From Longimicrobiales bacterium (lineage in GTDB: Bacteria > Gemmatimonadota > Gemmatimonadetes > Longimicrobiales > Gaopeijiaceae), in the NCBI GenBank assembly GCA_965218295.1, contig CBDCKN010000009.1, positions 96,001 to 160,000 on the forward strand: a stretch of 64,000 nucleotides of DNA, written 5' to 3'. A program made the translations under genes and the position numbers. The stretch's first letter is position 1, and the number at the start of each line of letters is the position of its first letter. Shown piece after piece: positions 9,823-19,498 of the stretch. The notes below the pieces were generated by a model. It saw nothing but the letters and a program-made list of their open reading frames with translations. It made no database searches and had not been told where the DNA came from.

Positions 9823-10836
9823 ATGAGCGATCTCGACACGGCCACACGGCGTAAGCGCGTACTCAGCGGCATTCAGCCCACGGGCGAGGTACACCTGGGC
9901 AACTACCTGGGGGCTCTCCGGCAGTGGGTCCACATGCAGGAGGAGTACGAGTGCTTCTACACCATCGTGGACCAGCACGCCATCCTCGGCGACGGGGACC
10001 CCGCGGACCTACCCGCCCGAACGATCGACGCGGCCATCAGCCTGCTGGCCGTGGGCCTCGACCCCGAGAGGTGCACGATCTTCGTCCAGTCCGACGTCCC
10101 GGAGCACCTGGAGCTCCAGTGGCTTTTCAACACGGTGGCTCCCGTGGGCGACCTGGAGCGGATGACGCAGTACAAGGACAAATCGGCCAGACACGAGTCC
10201 ATCCCGGTAGGGTTGCTCAACTATCCCGTCCTTCAGGCGGCCGACATCCTCATCTACCGGGCGGACGCGGTACCCGTGGGAGAGGATCAGCGACAGCATC
10301 TGGAGCTGACCCGCGACATCGCCCGGAAGTGGAATGCCCGCTACGGCGAGTACTTTCCAGAGCCCGAGGCCATCATCCCCGAGGTGGGGCGGATCATCGG
10401 TCTCGACGGCGGGACCAAGATGAGCAAGTCGCTGGGGAACACAGTGGGGATCCTGGCCGATGAGGACGAGATCTGGGATCGGGTCAAGCGCGCCGTGACG
10501 GACCCCCAGCGCGTCCGGCGCGAGGATCCAGGCCGGCCCGAGGTCTGCAACGTATTCTCGCTCCACAAGCTGCTCACGGACGCGGACATGATTCCCGACA
10601 TCGACGAGCAGTGCCGGACCGCCCAGCGGGGCTGTGTGGACTGCAAGCGTATCCTGGCCGACAGCATCGTGAAGGCGTTTGCACCCATCCGGGAGAAGGC
10701 CCTTTACTACCGTGAGCACACGGACGAGGTGCGTGACGTTCTCGAGGCGGGAGCCGCCCACGCCCGATCCATCGCCAGCGAGACCTTGTCCGAAGCCCGC
10801 CACCGAATGGGCCTCGACTGGCCCTCGGCCCTATGA
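9823..10836 (+). CDS. trpS: Tryptophan--tRNA ligase
   Basis: SGIQPTG.VHLGNY, YPVLQAADIL, VPVGEDQRQHLEL and KMSKS. Confidence 0.97.
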   Translation: MSDLDTATRRKRVLSGIQPTGEVHLGNYLGALRQWVHMQEEYECFYTIVDQHAILGDGDPADLPARTIDAAISLLAVGLDPERCTIFVQSDVPEHLELQWLFNTVAPVGDLERMTQYKDKSARHESIPVGLLNYPVLQAADILIYRADAVPVGEDQRQHLELTRDIARKWNARYGEYFPEPEAIIPEVGRIIGLDGGTKMSKSLGNTVGILADEDEIWDRVKRAVTDPQRVRREDPGRPEVCNVFSLHKLLTDADMIPDIDEQCRTAQRGCVDCKRILADSIVKAFAPIREKALYYREHTDEVRDVLEAGAAHARSIASETLSEARHRMGLDWPSAL

Positions 10837-10912
10837 GGGCACGGGGAGGCGGATTTCGCCCGTGGTGGAACGTCGGTACTTTGCGATGCACCCTATCTAA
10901 AGGAATTCGAAC

Positions 10913-12055
10913 GTGATCGCGATGAATGAGATGTTCAAGAGGGCGATCCAGGATGGAGTCAGCGACATCCACATCAAGGCCGGTGACTATGTGAGGGCCC
11001 GCCTTCACGGAGCGCTCGTCCCCCTCACCGATCAGAAGATCTCCCACTCCCAGGTCCGGGAGCTCGCCGTAAAGCTGATCCCCCACGAGAAAGACCGGGA
11101 CCGCATCGACGAGCTCATGGACTACGACTGCTCCTGGGGCCTTCCCGGGCTGGGTCGCTTCCGTGTGAACATCAGTAGGCAGCGGGGCGTCTTCTCCATC
11201 GTCATGCGGATCATCCCCATCGAGATCCCGACCTTCGCGGATCTCAGGATGCCCAAGGTTCTCGAGGAAATCTCCCAGACGGAGCGCGGGCTGGTCCTGG
11301 TGACGGGCGTCACGGGGAGCGGGAAGAGCTCCACCATGGCGGCCATGATCGGCTACATCAACCGCTACATGAAGAAGCACATCGTCACGCTGGAGAACCC
11401 CATCGAGTTCCTCCACCGGGACCTCAACTCCTCCGTCACACAGCGGGACGTGGGCTCCGATACGGAGTCCTTCCCGACCGGGCTGCGGGCCGCCCTTCGC
11501 CAAGACCCCGACGTTCTGCTCATCGGTGAGATGCGCGACAAAGAGACTATTGATACGGGGCTCCTGGCCGCCGAGACCGGTCACCTGGTCATCTCGACGG
11601 TCCACACCAAGAACGCGGTCCAGACCCTGTCCCGCCTGATCGCTGTGTTCTCGCACGATGAGCAGGACATGATCCGCGTACGTCTGGCGGACTCGATTCA
11701 GTCCGTGATCAGCCAGCGGCTGGTGCCCATGGTCGACGGCCAGGGACGGGTCGTAGCGGCAGAGGTCATGCGCGTCACGGGGACCATCCGAGACTGCATC
11801 ATGGATACCGAGCGGATCGATGAGATTCACGACCTGATCGCCGAGGGGAGGGAGCACTACGGATCCCAGACCTTCGATCAGCACCTCATGGAGCTCGTGA
11901 CCCAGGGGTTGATCACCTTCGAGGTCGGAAAGGCGGCGTCCAACAGCCCCAGCGACTTCGATCTGAAGATGAATATCCTCGGCGGGCCGGGAAGCGGCCA
12001 TGCGGGTGGGGTGCCGGGTGGTGATCCGAGCGGCGCGAGCGTGCTCGGCTCGTGA
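10913..12055 (+). CDS. PilT/PilU-family type IV pilus ATPase
   Basis: SDIHI, GRFRVN, Walker A GVTGSGKS, ENPIE, ALRQDPDV..IGEMRD and ETGHLV.ST.H; start may be ATG 10922. Confidence 0.9.
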   Translation: MIAMNEMFKRAIQDGVSDIHIKAGDYVRARLHGALVPLTDQKISHSQVRELAVKLIPHEKDRDRIDELMDYDCSWGLPGLGRFRVNISRQRGVFSIVMRIIPIEIPTFADLRMPKVLEEISQTERGLVLVTGVTGSGKSSTMAAMIGYINRYMKKHIVTLENPIEFLHRDLNSSVTQRDVGSDTESFPTGLRAALRQDPDVLLIGEMRDKETIDTGLLAAETGHLVISTVHTKNAVQTLSRLIAVFSHDEQDMIRVRLADSIQSVISQRLVPMVDGQGRVVAAEVMRVTGTIRDCIMDTERIDEIHDLIAEGREHYGSQTFDQHLMELVTQGLITFEVGKAASNSPSDFDLKMNILGGPGSGHAGGVPGGDPSGASVLGS

Positions 12056-12969
12056 GCGTGGATCTGTCCGGAGTACTCATCCCCTGCACCACCCCCTTCG
12101 ACCCCGTCACCGGCGAGGTCGATCTCGTCGGCCTCCGTGCGAACTTCAGGAGCTGGCTGGCCCACCCGATCCGGGGGATCGTGGTCGGCGGCTCCACGGG
12201 AGAGGCGCTCCTGCTCGATGAGGACGAGCGTGCCGCCGTCCTGGATGGCGCTCGGGATCTGATCTCGGACGACCGGCTGTTGGTGGCGGGCGCCGGAGCC
12301 GAGTCCACCCGCGCAACGATCCGGCGCTGCGACGTAGCCGCTGAGTCGGGCGCCGACGCGGTATTGGTCCAGCCCCCAGCGTTCTACCGCGGGGCCATGA
12401 CCGACTCCGCCCTCCTGGATCACTACCGAGCGGTGGCCAAGGCCTCTCCGATCCCGGTCATCGTCTACCAGGTGCCGCTCCGGCTGAGCACCCTCGAGCT
12501 CTCCATTAGCCTCCTGGCCGATCTGTCCAAGGTGGACAACATCATTGGAATGAAGGACTCGCGGGGCAGCCTCGAACTAGTGGGTGAGGTGGTGTCGCGT
12601 ACCCGTCACGACTTTCAGGTCGTGGTGGGGAGTGGAGCGATCTTCTATGGCGGGCTCGAGCTGGGTGCCGTGGGTGGCATCTTGGCGGTGGCCTGCTTGG
12701 CGCCGGGGCGCTCGGCGGCCATTCACCAGGCCTTCGTCGAAGGAGACTCTGCCGAGGCCGGGCGCCTCCAGGAGGTGATCGGACCGGCCCACCAGGAGAT
12801 CGTGGGCGGCATGGGTGTTCCCGGGGTGAAGGTGGCCATGGACTTCCTCGGGCTCCGGGGCGGCGATCCGCGCCCGCCTCTCCGGCCGCTGCCGGACCAT
12901 CGCAGGGACGATGTGGCCAAGGTGCTGGATCGTGCGGAGCTCACCGTAACGGCGGGCTCCTCCACGTAG
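12052..12969 (+). CDS. Second DHDPS/NAL-family aldolase (HOGA-like paralog)
   Basis: TTPFD, GGSTGE, IVYQVP and GMKDS; not in the dap operon. Confidence 0.82.
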   Translation: MSVDLSGVLIPCTTPFDPVTGEVDLVGLRANFRSWLAHPIRGIVVGGSTGEALLLDEDERAAVLDGARDLISDDRLLVAGAGAESTRATIRRCDVAAESGADAVLVQPPAFYRGAMTDSALLDHYRAVAKASPIPVIVYQVPLRLSTLELSISLLADLSKVDNIIGMKDSRGSLELVGEVVSRTRHDFQVVVGSGAIFYGGLELGAVGGILAVACLAPGRSAAIHQAFVEGDSAEAGRLQEVIGPAHQEIVGGMGVPGVKVAMDFLGLRGGDPRPPLRPLPDHRRDDVAKVLDRAELTVTAGSST

Positions 12970-12981
12970 GTTACCCCCGTT

Positions 12982-15252
12982 TTGGCGTTTCCCTCATCTC
13001 GGGCTTCAGTCCTCAGATCACGAGCCTCGGCCCTCCTGACTGTGATCGTCGCGGCGGGGGTTCCCACCACCGCCTTCGCCCAGCGGCCGGGCCTGTCCGA
13101 CAGTTCCGGAGCGGATACCTCCCGCCCCAAGGTCGGTCTCGTGCTCGGCGGTGGCGGGGCGAAGGGAGGGGCCCACGTAGGCGTCCTCGAGGTTCTCGAG
13201 GAGCTCCGGATTCCCGTGGACTACATCGCGGGAACGAGCATCGGGTCGGCCATCGGGGGGCTCTATGCATCGGGCATGAGCGTCCAGGAACTGAAGGCTC
13301 TCCTGGAGTCGCTGGACTGGCAGGACCTCCTCTCCGACCGTCCGCCCAGACGCTACCAGCCGTTCCGTCTCAAGAGCACCGACCGGCGGGTCCCCTCCCG
13401 ACTCGAGGTCGGCTTCAACGGGGGGAAATTCCGACTTCCTACGGGGATCGTCACCGGCCAGAACGTGGAGCTCACGCTCCGTTCGGCAACACTTCCAGTG
13501 GCACACATTCGATCGTTCGAGGAGCTGCCCACGCCCTTCGTCGCCGTAGCCATGGATCTCGTGAGCGGCGAGATGGTGGTCCTGGACAGGGGGGATCTCT
13601 CCACGGCGATCCGTGCCAGCATGTCGCTCCCCGGGGCGTTCTCTCCGGTAGAGCTCCAGGGGCGCGTCCTCGTCGATGGCGGGCCGGTGCGCAATCTGCC
13701 GGTGGACGTGGTCCGGGCCATGGGTGCCGACGTGGTGATCGCTGTGGACCTGACGCCTCCCCTCTACCAGGCCGACGAGTTGAAGAGCGCCATCGAGGTC
13801 ACGGCCCAGACGCTCCGCATCTCCACGCTCCGGAACACCGTGCCACAAAGAGAGGCTCTGGTACTGGGACGCGACGTTCTCCTCCGCCCCGACGTCGCCG
13901 ATGTGCCGATCACGGAATTCCGCTCGCTCACCGCCACCTTCGATGCGGGGGCCGAGGTCGCCCGGGCTGCGGGCGAGGATCTCGCACAGTGGAGCTTGAG
14001 CCCCGAAGCCTACCGGGCATTCAGTGAAAGCCGCCGCCGTGAGGAGGCACGGCCCCAGACCATCGACTTCGTCCGCATCGAGGGGACCCAGCGCATGAGC
14101 TCCGCCGTGCTGCGCGCCCGGCTGGGGCTCTCCGTGGGGCAGCCGCTGACAGCCGAGACGCTCGAGCGTGCCCTCAACCGGGTCTTCGCCATGGGGCTCT
14201 ACCAGGGAGTGGACTACAGCCTCGTGCAAGAGGGCGATGCCAACGGACTGCTGGTCCAGGTGACCGAGAAGCCGTGGGGTCCGGGTCTCATGCGCTTCGG
14301 GGTGGCGTTCGGAAACGACATGGAACGGGGCCGGAGCAGCTTCACGATTCTCGCGACCCACACCCAGACCCAGCTCAACCGTCGCGGAGGAGAGCTTCTC
14401 ACGGAGATTCGTCTCGGAGACGCCCAGGGGGCCGAGGTTGAGCTCTACCAGCCCCTCGACATCGAAGGCCGTTTCTTCATCGCGCCGCGCCTCGACTACC
14501 GGGAGGAGTCCCTGGAGGTTGCCGTCCTCGGGGCCGGCGAGGTGAACCGCGGTATTCGTGAGCTCAACGCGGCGATCGCCTTCGGAGCTCAGTGGCAGGA
14601 CTGGGGCGAGTTCCGCGTCGAGCTCATCCGGGGAAAGGTGGAGCGGAGGGGCTCGGGGGCCGAGGCGACCGGGGAGGAGCTCAGCGCCGATGTGGGGGCG
14701 ATCCTGGCTCGCCTCTCGGTGGATCTCCTGGACGACGCGTCGTTCCCCAGGAGCGGGATCTGGGCTCGCATCGAGGCGTACCGCTCCGCGCGGTCACTGG
14801 GGGCCGATCCTACGTACACCCGCCTGGAAAGCGCCTTTCTGACGGCTCTCTCGAGGGGGAGCAACACGATGCTCGTGGAGTTACGGTTCGGGACTGGGTT
14901 GACGTCGAAGCTGCCCTTGCACCACGACTTCGCTCTGGGTGGCTTCCAGCAGCTCTCCGGACTCCGGCCACGGCAGGTCGTCGGCAGCAAATACGGTTTC
15001 GCCCGCGCCACCTTCCGAAGGAACGTGACCACGCTGAATACCACGCCCCAGGGCGGGGATCTACACGTGGGGTTTTCCGTGGAGGCGGGCAGCGCGTGGC
15101 CGGAAGCGGGCGGTGTGCGGCTCGACGAGCTCAAGGGTGGAGCGAGCGTCTTCGTGGGCATGGAGACGCTGTTGGGGCCCCTGTACCTGGTGTACGGGCG
15201 GGCCACTTCCGGAGGTGACACCCTCTACCTGTTCGTAGGGCGCACCTTCTGA
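12982..15252 (+). CDS. Patatin-like phospholipase fused to POTRA and an Omp85-like beta-barrel (PlpD/type Vd architecture)
   Basis: Signal peptide; GGGGAKG, GTSIG and DGG patatin motifs; POTRA-like segment; barrel with F.LGG..LSG and C-terminal F. Confidence 0.85.
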   Translation: MAFPSSRASVLRSRASALLTVIVAAGVPTTAFAQRPGLSDSSGADTSRPKVGLVLGGGGAKGGAHVGVLEVLEELRIPVDYIAGTSIGSAIGGLYASGMSVQELKALLESLDWQDLLSDRPPRRYQPFRLKSTDRRVPSRLEVGFNGGKFRLPTGIVTGQNVELTLRSATLPVAHIRSFEELPTPFVAVAMDLVSGEMVVLDRGDLSTAIRASMSLPGAFSPVELQGRVLVDGGPVRNLPVDVVRAMGADVVIAVDLTPPLYQADELKSAIEVTAQTLRISTLRNTVPQREALVLGRDVLLRPDVADVPITEFRSLTATFDAGAEVARAAGEDLAQWSLSPEAYRAFSESRRREEARPQTIDFVRIEGTQRMSSAVLRARLGLSVGQPLTAETLERALNRVFAMGLYQGVDYSLVQEGDANGLLVQVTEKPWGPGLMRFGVAFGNDMERGRSSFTILATHTQTQLNRRGGELLTEIRLGDAQGAEVELYQPLDIEGRFFIAPRLDYREESLEVAVLGAGEVNRGIRELNAAIAFGAQWQDWGEFRVELIRGKVERRGSGAEATGEELSADVGAILARLSVDLLDDASFPRSGIWARIEAYRSARSLGADPTYTRLESAFLTALSRGSNTMLVELRFGTGLTSKLPLHHDFALGGFQQLSGLRPRQVVGSKYGFARATFRRNVTTLNTTPQGGDLHVGFSVEAGSAWPEAGGVRLDELKGGASVFVGMETLLGPLYLVYGRATSGGDTLYLFVGRTF

Positions 15253-15320
15253 TTCGTCAGAGGGGATTTCCCGATGCATCGGAGGGGACCTCCGGATCGC
15301 CGAGAGAGGGGGCCACTCGA

Positions 15321-15349
15321 TTGACTCGCTCCTCCTGGCGATCTAACTT
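15321..15349 (+). promoter_or_regulatory. Sigma-70-like promoter candidate upstream of purA
   Basis: TTGACT-17 bp-TAACTT. Confidence 0.5.
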
Positions 15350-15371
15350 CCACCAAAGGATCCACCGCCCA

Positions 15372-15402
15372 GAGCCCATTCCCCGACGAATGGGCTTTTT
15401 TC
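15372..15402 (+). terminator. Intrinsic terminator-like hairpin between the patatin gene and purA
   Basis: AGCCCATTC-CCCGAC-GAATGGGCT followed by a T-run. Confidence 0.75.
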
Positions 15403-15479
15403 GTGTCCAATAGGGTCCATAGGAGGTCTGTTTATGGAGTACACAGACCTCTAGACCCCTCCAAACAAAGAAGCGCACC

Positions 15480-16781
15480 GTGTCCGAAGGTGGTATCGAC
15501 GGCAAATGCTTGGTGGTGGTCGGCTGTCAGTGGGGCGACGAGGGAAAGGGCAAGATCGTAGACGTCCTGGCCGAGGACGCGCACCTGGTGGCTCGCTACC
15601 AGGGTGGTGCGAACGCCGGTCACACCGTCCACGTGGGCGACGACGAGTTCGTCCTGCATCAGATTCCGTCCGGCATCCTGCATCCGGAGAAGCGATGCCT
15701 GCTGGGGAACGGTGTGGTCCTCGACATTCTCGACTTCTTCGAAGAGTACGACGGCCTGATCGCACGGGGCATCGACCTCGACGGAAGGGTCGGGGTGAGC
15801 CAGCGCGCTCATCTCCTCATGCCGTACCACCGGGTTCTCGATCGGGTCTCGGAGGACAAGGCGAAGCAGAAGATCGGAACCACGGGCCGCGGCATCGGGC
15901 CCGCGTATGAGGAAAAGGCGGGCCGGCGGGGTCTACGGGTTGCCGACCTGGCGAACGGCGAGCGGGCCCGGGCCCGGGCGGAAGAAGGAGTCCAGCGGGC
16001 TCGAGCGCGCATCGCGGCCATGGGGGGCGGCGGCGACGAGCAGCTGGAGCAGCTTGAGTCGGACGTGGAGGCCGCCCTCGCTGCCGGCGAGCGCCTTCGC
16101 GGTCTGGCCATTGACACCGGCCTGGAGATCATGCAGGCGATTCGAGGCGGGAAGCGGGTCCTTTTGGAGGGCGCCCAAGGCACGGCCCTCGACCTTGACC
16201 ACGGGACGTACCCGTTCGTCACCTCGTCGAACACCACTGCCGGTGGGGCCGCCACCGGCTCGGGCATCGGGCCCACGGCCATCGACATGGTCATCGGAGT
16301 GGTCAAGGCCTACACGACCCGCGTGGGGAACGGACCGCTGCCCACCGCATTCGCTGAGGACATGGACGAGAAAATCCGCGCACTGGGCGATGAATTCGGG
16401 GCCACCACGGGACGGCCCCGCCGCTGCGGCTGGTTCGATGCGGTGCTGGCCCGCTTCTCGGCCAGGGTGAACGGGCTGACGGGGTTGGCCGTGACCAAGC
16501 TCGATGTGCTGGACACGTTGCCCGAGCTGTCCATCGCCACTTCCTACCGGATGCCTGACGGCGTCGTCGAGGAGTTCCCGGCCGATACCTGGCAACTCGG
16601 GAGCGTGGAGCCCGTCTACGAGACCCTTCCCGGGTGGCAGGAGTCCACCGATGGGGCCCGTGCCCTCGAAGATCTCCCGGCGGCGGCCCGCCGCTACCTG
16701 GATCGTATCGAGGAGCTCACGGGAGCGCCTGTGAAGATGGTCTCGGTGGGAACGCGTCGCAGGCAGATCATCCGGGTGTAA
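15480..16781 (+). CDS. purA: Adenylosuccinate synthetase
   Basis: QWGDEGKGK, QGGANAGHT, IGTTGRGIGPAY, EGAQG..LD.DHGTYPFVTSS and EFGATTGRPRRCGW. Confidence 0.98.
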   Translation: MSEGGIDGKCLVVVGCQWGDEGKGKIVDVLAEDAHLVARYQGGANAGHTVHVGDDEFVLHQIPSGILHPEKRCLLGNGVVLDILDFFEEYDGLIARGIDLDGRVGVSQRAHLLMPYHRVLDRVSEDKAKQKIGTTGRGIGPAYEEKAGRRGLRVADLANGERARARAEEGVQRARARIAAMGGGGDEQLEQLESDVEAALAAGERLRGLAIDTGLEIMQAIRGGKRVLLEGAQGTALDLDHGTYPFVTSSNTTAGGAATGSGIGPTAIDMVIGVVKAYTTRVGNGPLPTAFAEDMDEKIRALGDEFGATTGRPRRCGWFDAVLARFSARVNGLTGLAVTKLDVLDTLPELSIATSYRMPDGVVEEFPADTWQLGSVEPVYETLPGWQESTDGARALEDLPAAARRYLDRIEELTGAPVKMVSVGTRRRQIIRV

Positions 16782-16945
16782 CGTCCCGGGCGGCCTAGCC
16801 GTCCACCGGGGCGACATCCGGTCCCGGACCCCCGTTGAGGGCATCCCGCGAAATTCATATCTTATAAAGCTTTGTCGCATCCACCTCGTCCGCACAGGTC
16901 GTGACGTGAGCGGGTGGGGTCGCCAACGGGGAGGATCGGTCGCCG

Positions 16946-18244
16946 ATGTTCGATGAACTCGGCAAGAAGCTAGACAGCGCTCTCGGCAAGTTCCGGCAGC
17001 GGGGCATCCTGACCGAGCCCATGATCCGGGACGGGCTCCGCGAGGTACGGCGGGTCCTGCTCGAGGCCGACGTCAACTACAAGGTGACGCGGGAGTTCCT
17101 CCAGCGCGTGCAGGAGCGCGCCCTCGGGGAGCAGGTCGTGAAGTCCGTGTCGCCGGGGCAGCAGATCGTCAAGATCGTCCATGACGAGCTGGCGAATCTG
17201 CTGGGCGAGGGCCGGCCCACGCTTCACTGGGCTTCGTCGGTGCCCACCGTCTTCATGGTGGTGGGCCTTCAGGGGTCGGGCAAGACGACCACCGCGGCGA
17301 AGCTGGCGAAGCGTCTGGCCAAGGAGGGCCGAGCGCCGTTGTTGGCGGCCTGCGACCTGTATCGGCCCGCTGCGGTGGACCAACTGGCCACCCTGGGCGA
17401 GCAGATCGGCGTGCCGGTCCACAAGGGCGAGCCGAGAGGCGACCCGGTTCTGGTGGCGAAGGCGGCCGTCGAAGTCGCCAGACGGGACCTCAGGTCGGTC
17501 CTCATCGTCGATACGGCCGGAAGGCTGCAGATCGACGAGCCGATGATGGACGAGCTGCGCCGGTTGAAGGCGGACCTCGAGCCGCAGGAGATCCTCCTCG
17601 TGGCCGACGCCATGACCGGGCAGGAGGCGGTGAAGATCGCCGAAGGGTTCGACGAGGCGTTGGGCCTGACGGGGGTGATCCTCACCAAGATGGACGGTGA
17701 TGCCCGGGGGGGAGCGGCGCTCTCCATCCGTGGCGTGGTCGGGAAGCCCATCAAATTTGTGGGTGTGGGCGAGACGGTGGACGATCTGGAGTTGGCCGAC
17801 CCGGAGCGGTTGGCCGGGCGGATCCTTCAGATGGGCGACGTGGTGGGTCTGGTTGAAAGGGCCGAGCAGGCCATGGACAGCGAGGCCCAGGAGAAGCTCC
17901 AGGAGCAGATGCTCCGGGGCCGCTTCACGCTCGAGGACTTCTTGACCGCCATGCGGCAGGTCCAGAAGATGGGGCCTCTGGAGTCGTTGTTGAAGATGAT
18001 TCCCGGCGCCGCAAAGGCGATTCCCGCAGGGGGAGTCGATCCGAAGAGGATGAAGCACGTAGAGGCCATCATCCTCTCGATGACGCCGGATGAGCGGCGT
18101 AAGCCGGGAATCCTGGACGGGTCCCGGAGGGCGAGGATCGCCAAGGGAAGTGGGCGGCCGGTCGCGGAAGTGAACCGGCTGCTGAAGCAGTTCAAGGAGA
18201 CGCAGAAGTTCATGAAGCAGATGAAGGGCGTGATGCCCTTCTGA
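16946..18244 (+). CDS. ffh: Signal recognition particle protein
   Basis: LLEADVN, GLQGSGKTTT, DTAGR, TKMDGDARGGAALS and EAIILSMT M-domain. Confidence 0.98.
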   Translation: MFDELGKKLDSALGKFRQRGILTEPMIRDGLREVRRVLLEADVNYKVTREFLQRVQERALGEQVVKSVSPGQQIVKIVHDELANLLGEGRPTLHWASSVPTVFMVVGLQGSGKTTTAAKLAKRLAKEGRAPLLAACDLYRPAAVDQLATLGEQIGVPVHKGEPRGDPVLVAKAAVEVARRDLRSVLIVDTAGRLQIDEPMMDELRRLKADLEPQEILLVADAMTGQEAVKIAEGFDEALGLTGVILTKMDGDARGGAALSIRGVVGKPIKFVGVGETVDDLELADPERLAGRILQMGDVVGLVERAEQAMDSEAQEKLQEQMLRGRFTLEDFLTAMRQVQKMGPLESLLKMIPGAAKAIPAGGVDPKRMKHVEAIILSMTPDERRKPGILDGSRRARIAKGSGRPVAEVNRLLKQFKETQKFMKQMKGVMPF

Positions 18245-18301
18245 TCATCGAGGGAGACGCCGGGTAAGCCGGCTACGTAAGGGACCGACTGGAAAGCGCA
18301 G

Positions 18302-19480
18302 ATGGCCGTAAAAATCCGACTTCGTCGCATGGGCCGTAAGAAGCAGGCCCATTTCCGCATCGTGGTGGCCGACTCCGCAGCTCCGCGAGATGGCCGCTTC
18401 GTCGAGACGCTTGGGTACTACAAGCCTCTGACGAGCCCGGCCCGCCTCGTGGTGGACATCGACAAGGCCGACGCGTGGATCGCCAAGGGTGCCGAGCCCA
18501 CCGACACCGTCCGAACGCTGCTGAACAAGGCCCGCAAGGGTGGTGATACTTCCGTGGCTCTCGGCGAGCTCGATCCGGAGGAGGCGAAGGCTCTGAAGAC
18601 CGCTGCCCTTGCGGAGCGCCGGAAAGCAGAGGCGAAGGCCCGCGAGGAGGCGGCGGCAGCCGAGGTGGCCCAGGAGGCCGCGACTGCGGCGGCTGCCGAG
18701 CTCGACGCCGCCGAGGCCGACGTCGAGGCTGCTGAAGACGACGCACCCGAGGCCGAAGCTGCCGAAGAGGAGGCTCCCGAGGCGGAAGCCGAGGAGGAGC
18801 CCGCCGCCGAGGAGGAGTCGGAGCCCGAGGCTGAGGCAACCGAAGAGGAAGCCCCCGAGGCGGAAGCCGAGGAGGAGCCCGCCACCGAGGAGGAGTCGGA
18901 GCCCGAGGCCGAGGCTACCGAAGAGGAAGCCCCCGAGGCGGAAGCCGAGGAAGAGCCGGTCGCCGAAGAGGAGTCGGAGCCCGAGGCTGAGGCAACCGAA
19001 GAGGAAGCCCCCGAGGCCGAAGCCGAGGAGGAGCCCGCTGCCGAAGAGGAGTCGGAGCCCGAGGCCGAGGCTGGCGAAGAGGAAGCCCCCGAGGCCGAAG
19101 CCGAGGAAGAGCCCGCCGCCGAAGAGGAGTCGGAGCCCGAGGCCGAGGCTGCCGAAGAGGAAGCCCCCGAGGCGGAAGCCGAGGAAGAGCCGGTCGCCGA
19201 AGAGGAGTCGGAGCCCGAGGTCGAGGCAACCGAAGAGGAAGCCCCCGAGGCGGAAGCCGAGGAGGAGCCCACGGCCGAAGAGGAGTCGGAGCCCGAGGCC
19301 GAGGCTGCCGAAGAGGAAGCCCCCGAGGCGGAAGCCGAGGAAGAGCCGGTCGCCGAAGAGGAGTCGGAGCCCGAGGTCGAGGCAACCGAAGAGGAAGCCC
19401 CCGAGGCGGAAGCCGAGGAGGAGCCCACGGCCGAGGCCGACACCGAGGCCGAAGAGGACGAGGAGAAGAAGTCGGAGTGA
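18302..19480 (+). CDS. rpsP: 30S ribosomal protein S16 with a ~300-aa Glu/Ala/Pro-rich extension
   Basis: MAVKIRLRRMG.KK..FRIVVADS..PRDGRFVE.LGYY; canonical ffh-rpsP-rimM-trmD-rplS order. Confidence 0.95.
   Translation: MAVKIRLRRMGRKKQAHFRIVVADSAAPRDGRFVETLGYYKPLTSPARLVVDIDKADAWIAKGAEPTDTVRTLLNKARKGGDTSVALGELDPEEAKALKTAALAERRKAEAKAREEAAAAEVAQEAATAAAAELDAAEADVEAAEDDAPEAEAAEEEAPEAEAEEEPAAEEESEPEAEATEEEAPEAEAEEEPATEEESEPEAEATEEEAPEAEAEEEPVAEEESEPEAEATEEEAPEAEAEEEPAAEEESEPEAEAGEEEAPEAEAEEEPAAEEESEPEAEAAEEEAPEAEAEEEPVAEEESEPEVEATEEEAPEAEAEEEPTAEEESEPEAEAAEEEAPEAEAEEEPVAEEESEPEVEATEEEAPEAEAEEEPTAEADTEAEEDEEKKSE
18764..19435 (+). repeat. 78-bp (26-aa) in-frame tandem repeat, 8 full plus 1 partial unit
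   Basis: EEEAPEAEAEEEPxxEEESEPExEAx units start at 18764, 18842, 18920, 18998, 19076, 19154, 19232, 19310 and 19388. Confidence 0.95.
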
Positions 19481-19498
19481 CCCTCCGAACCCACGACT

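Noticed and set aside
16782..16945. SRP RNA (ffs) or a mimic upstream of ffh
   Set aside because: A hairpin is possible, but the helix-8 GGAA/AGCAG signature is absent
18764..19435. CRISPR array
   Set aside because: Units are contiguous, in-frame coding repeats with no unique spacers, and no cas genes are present
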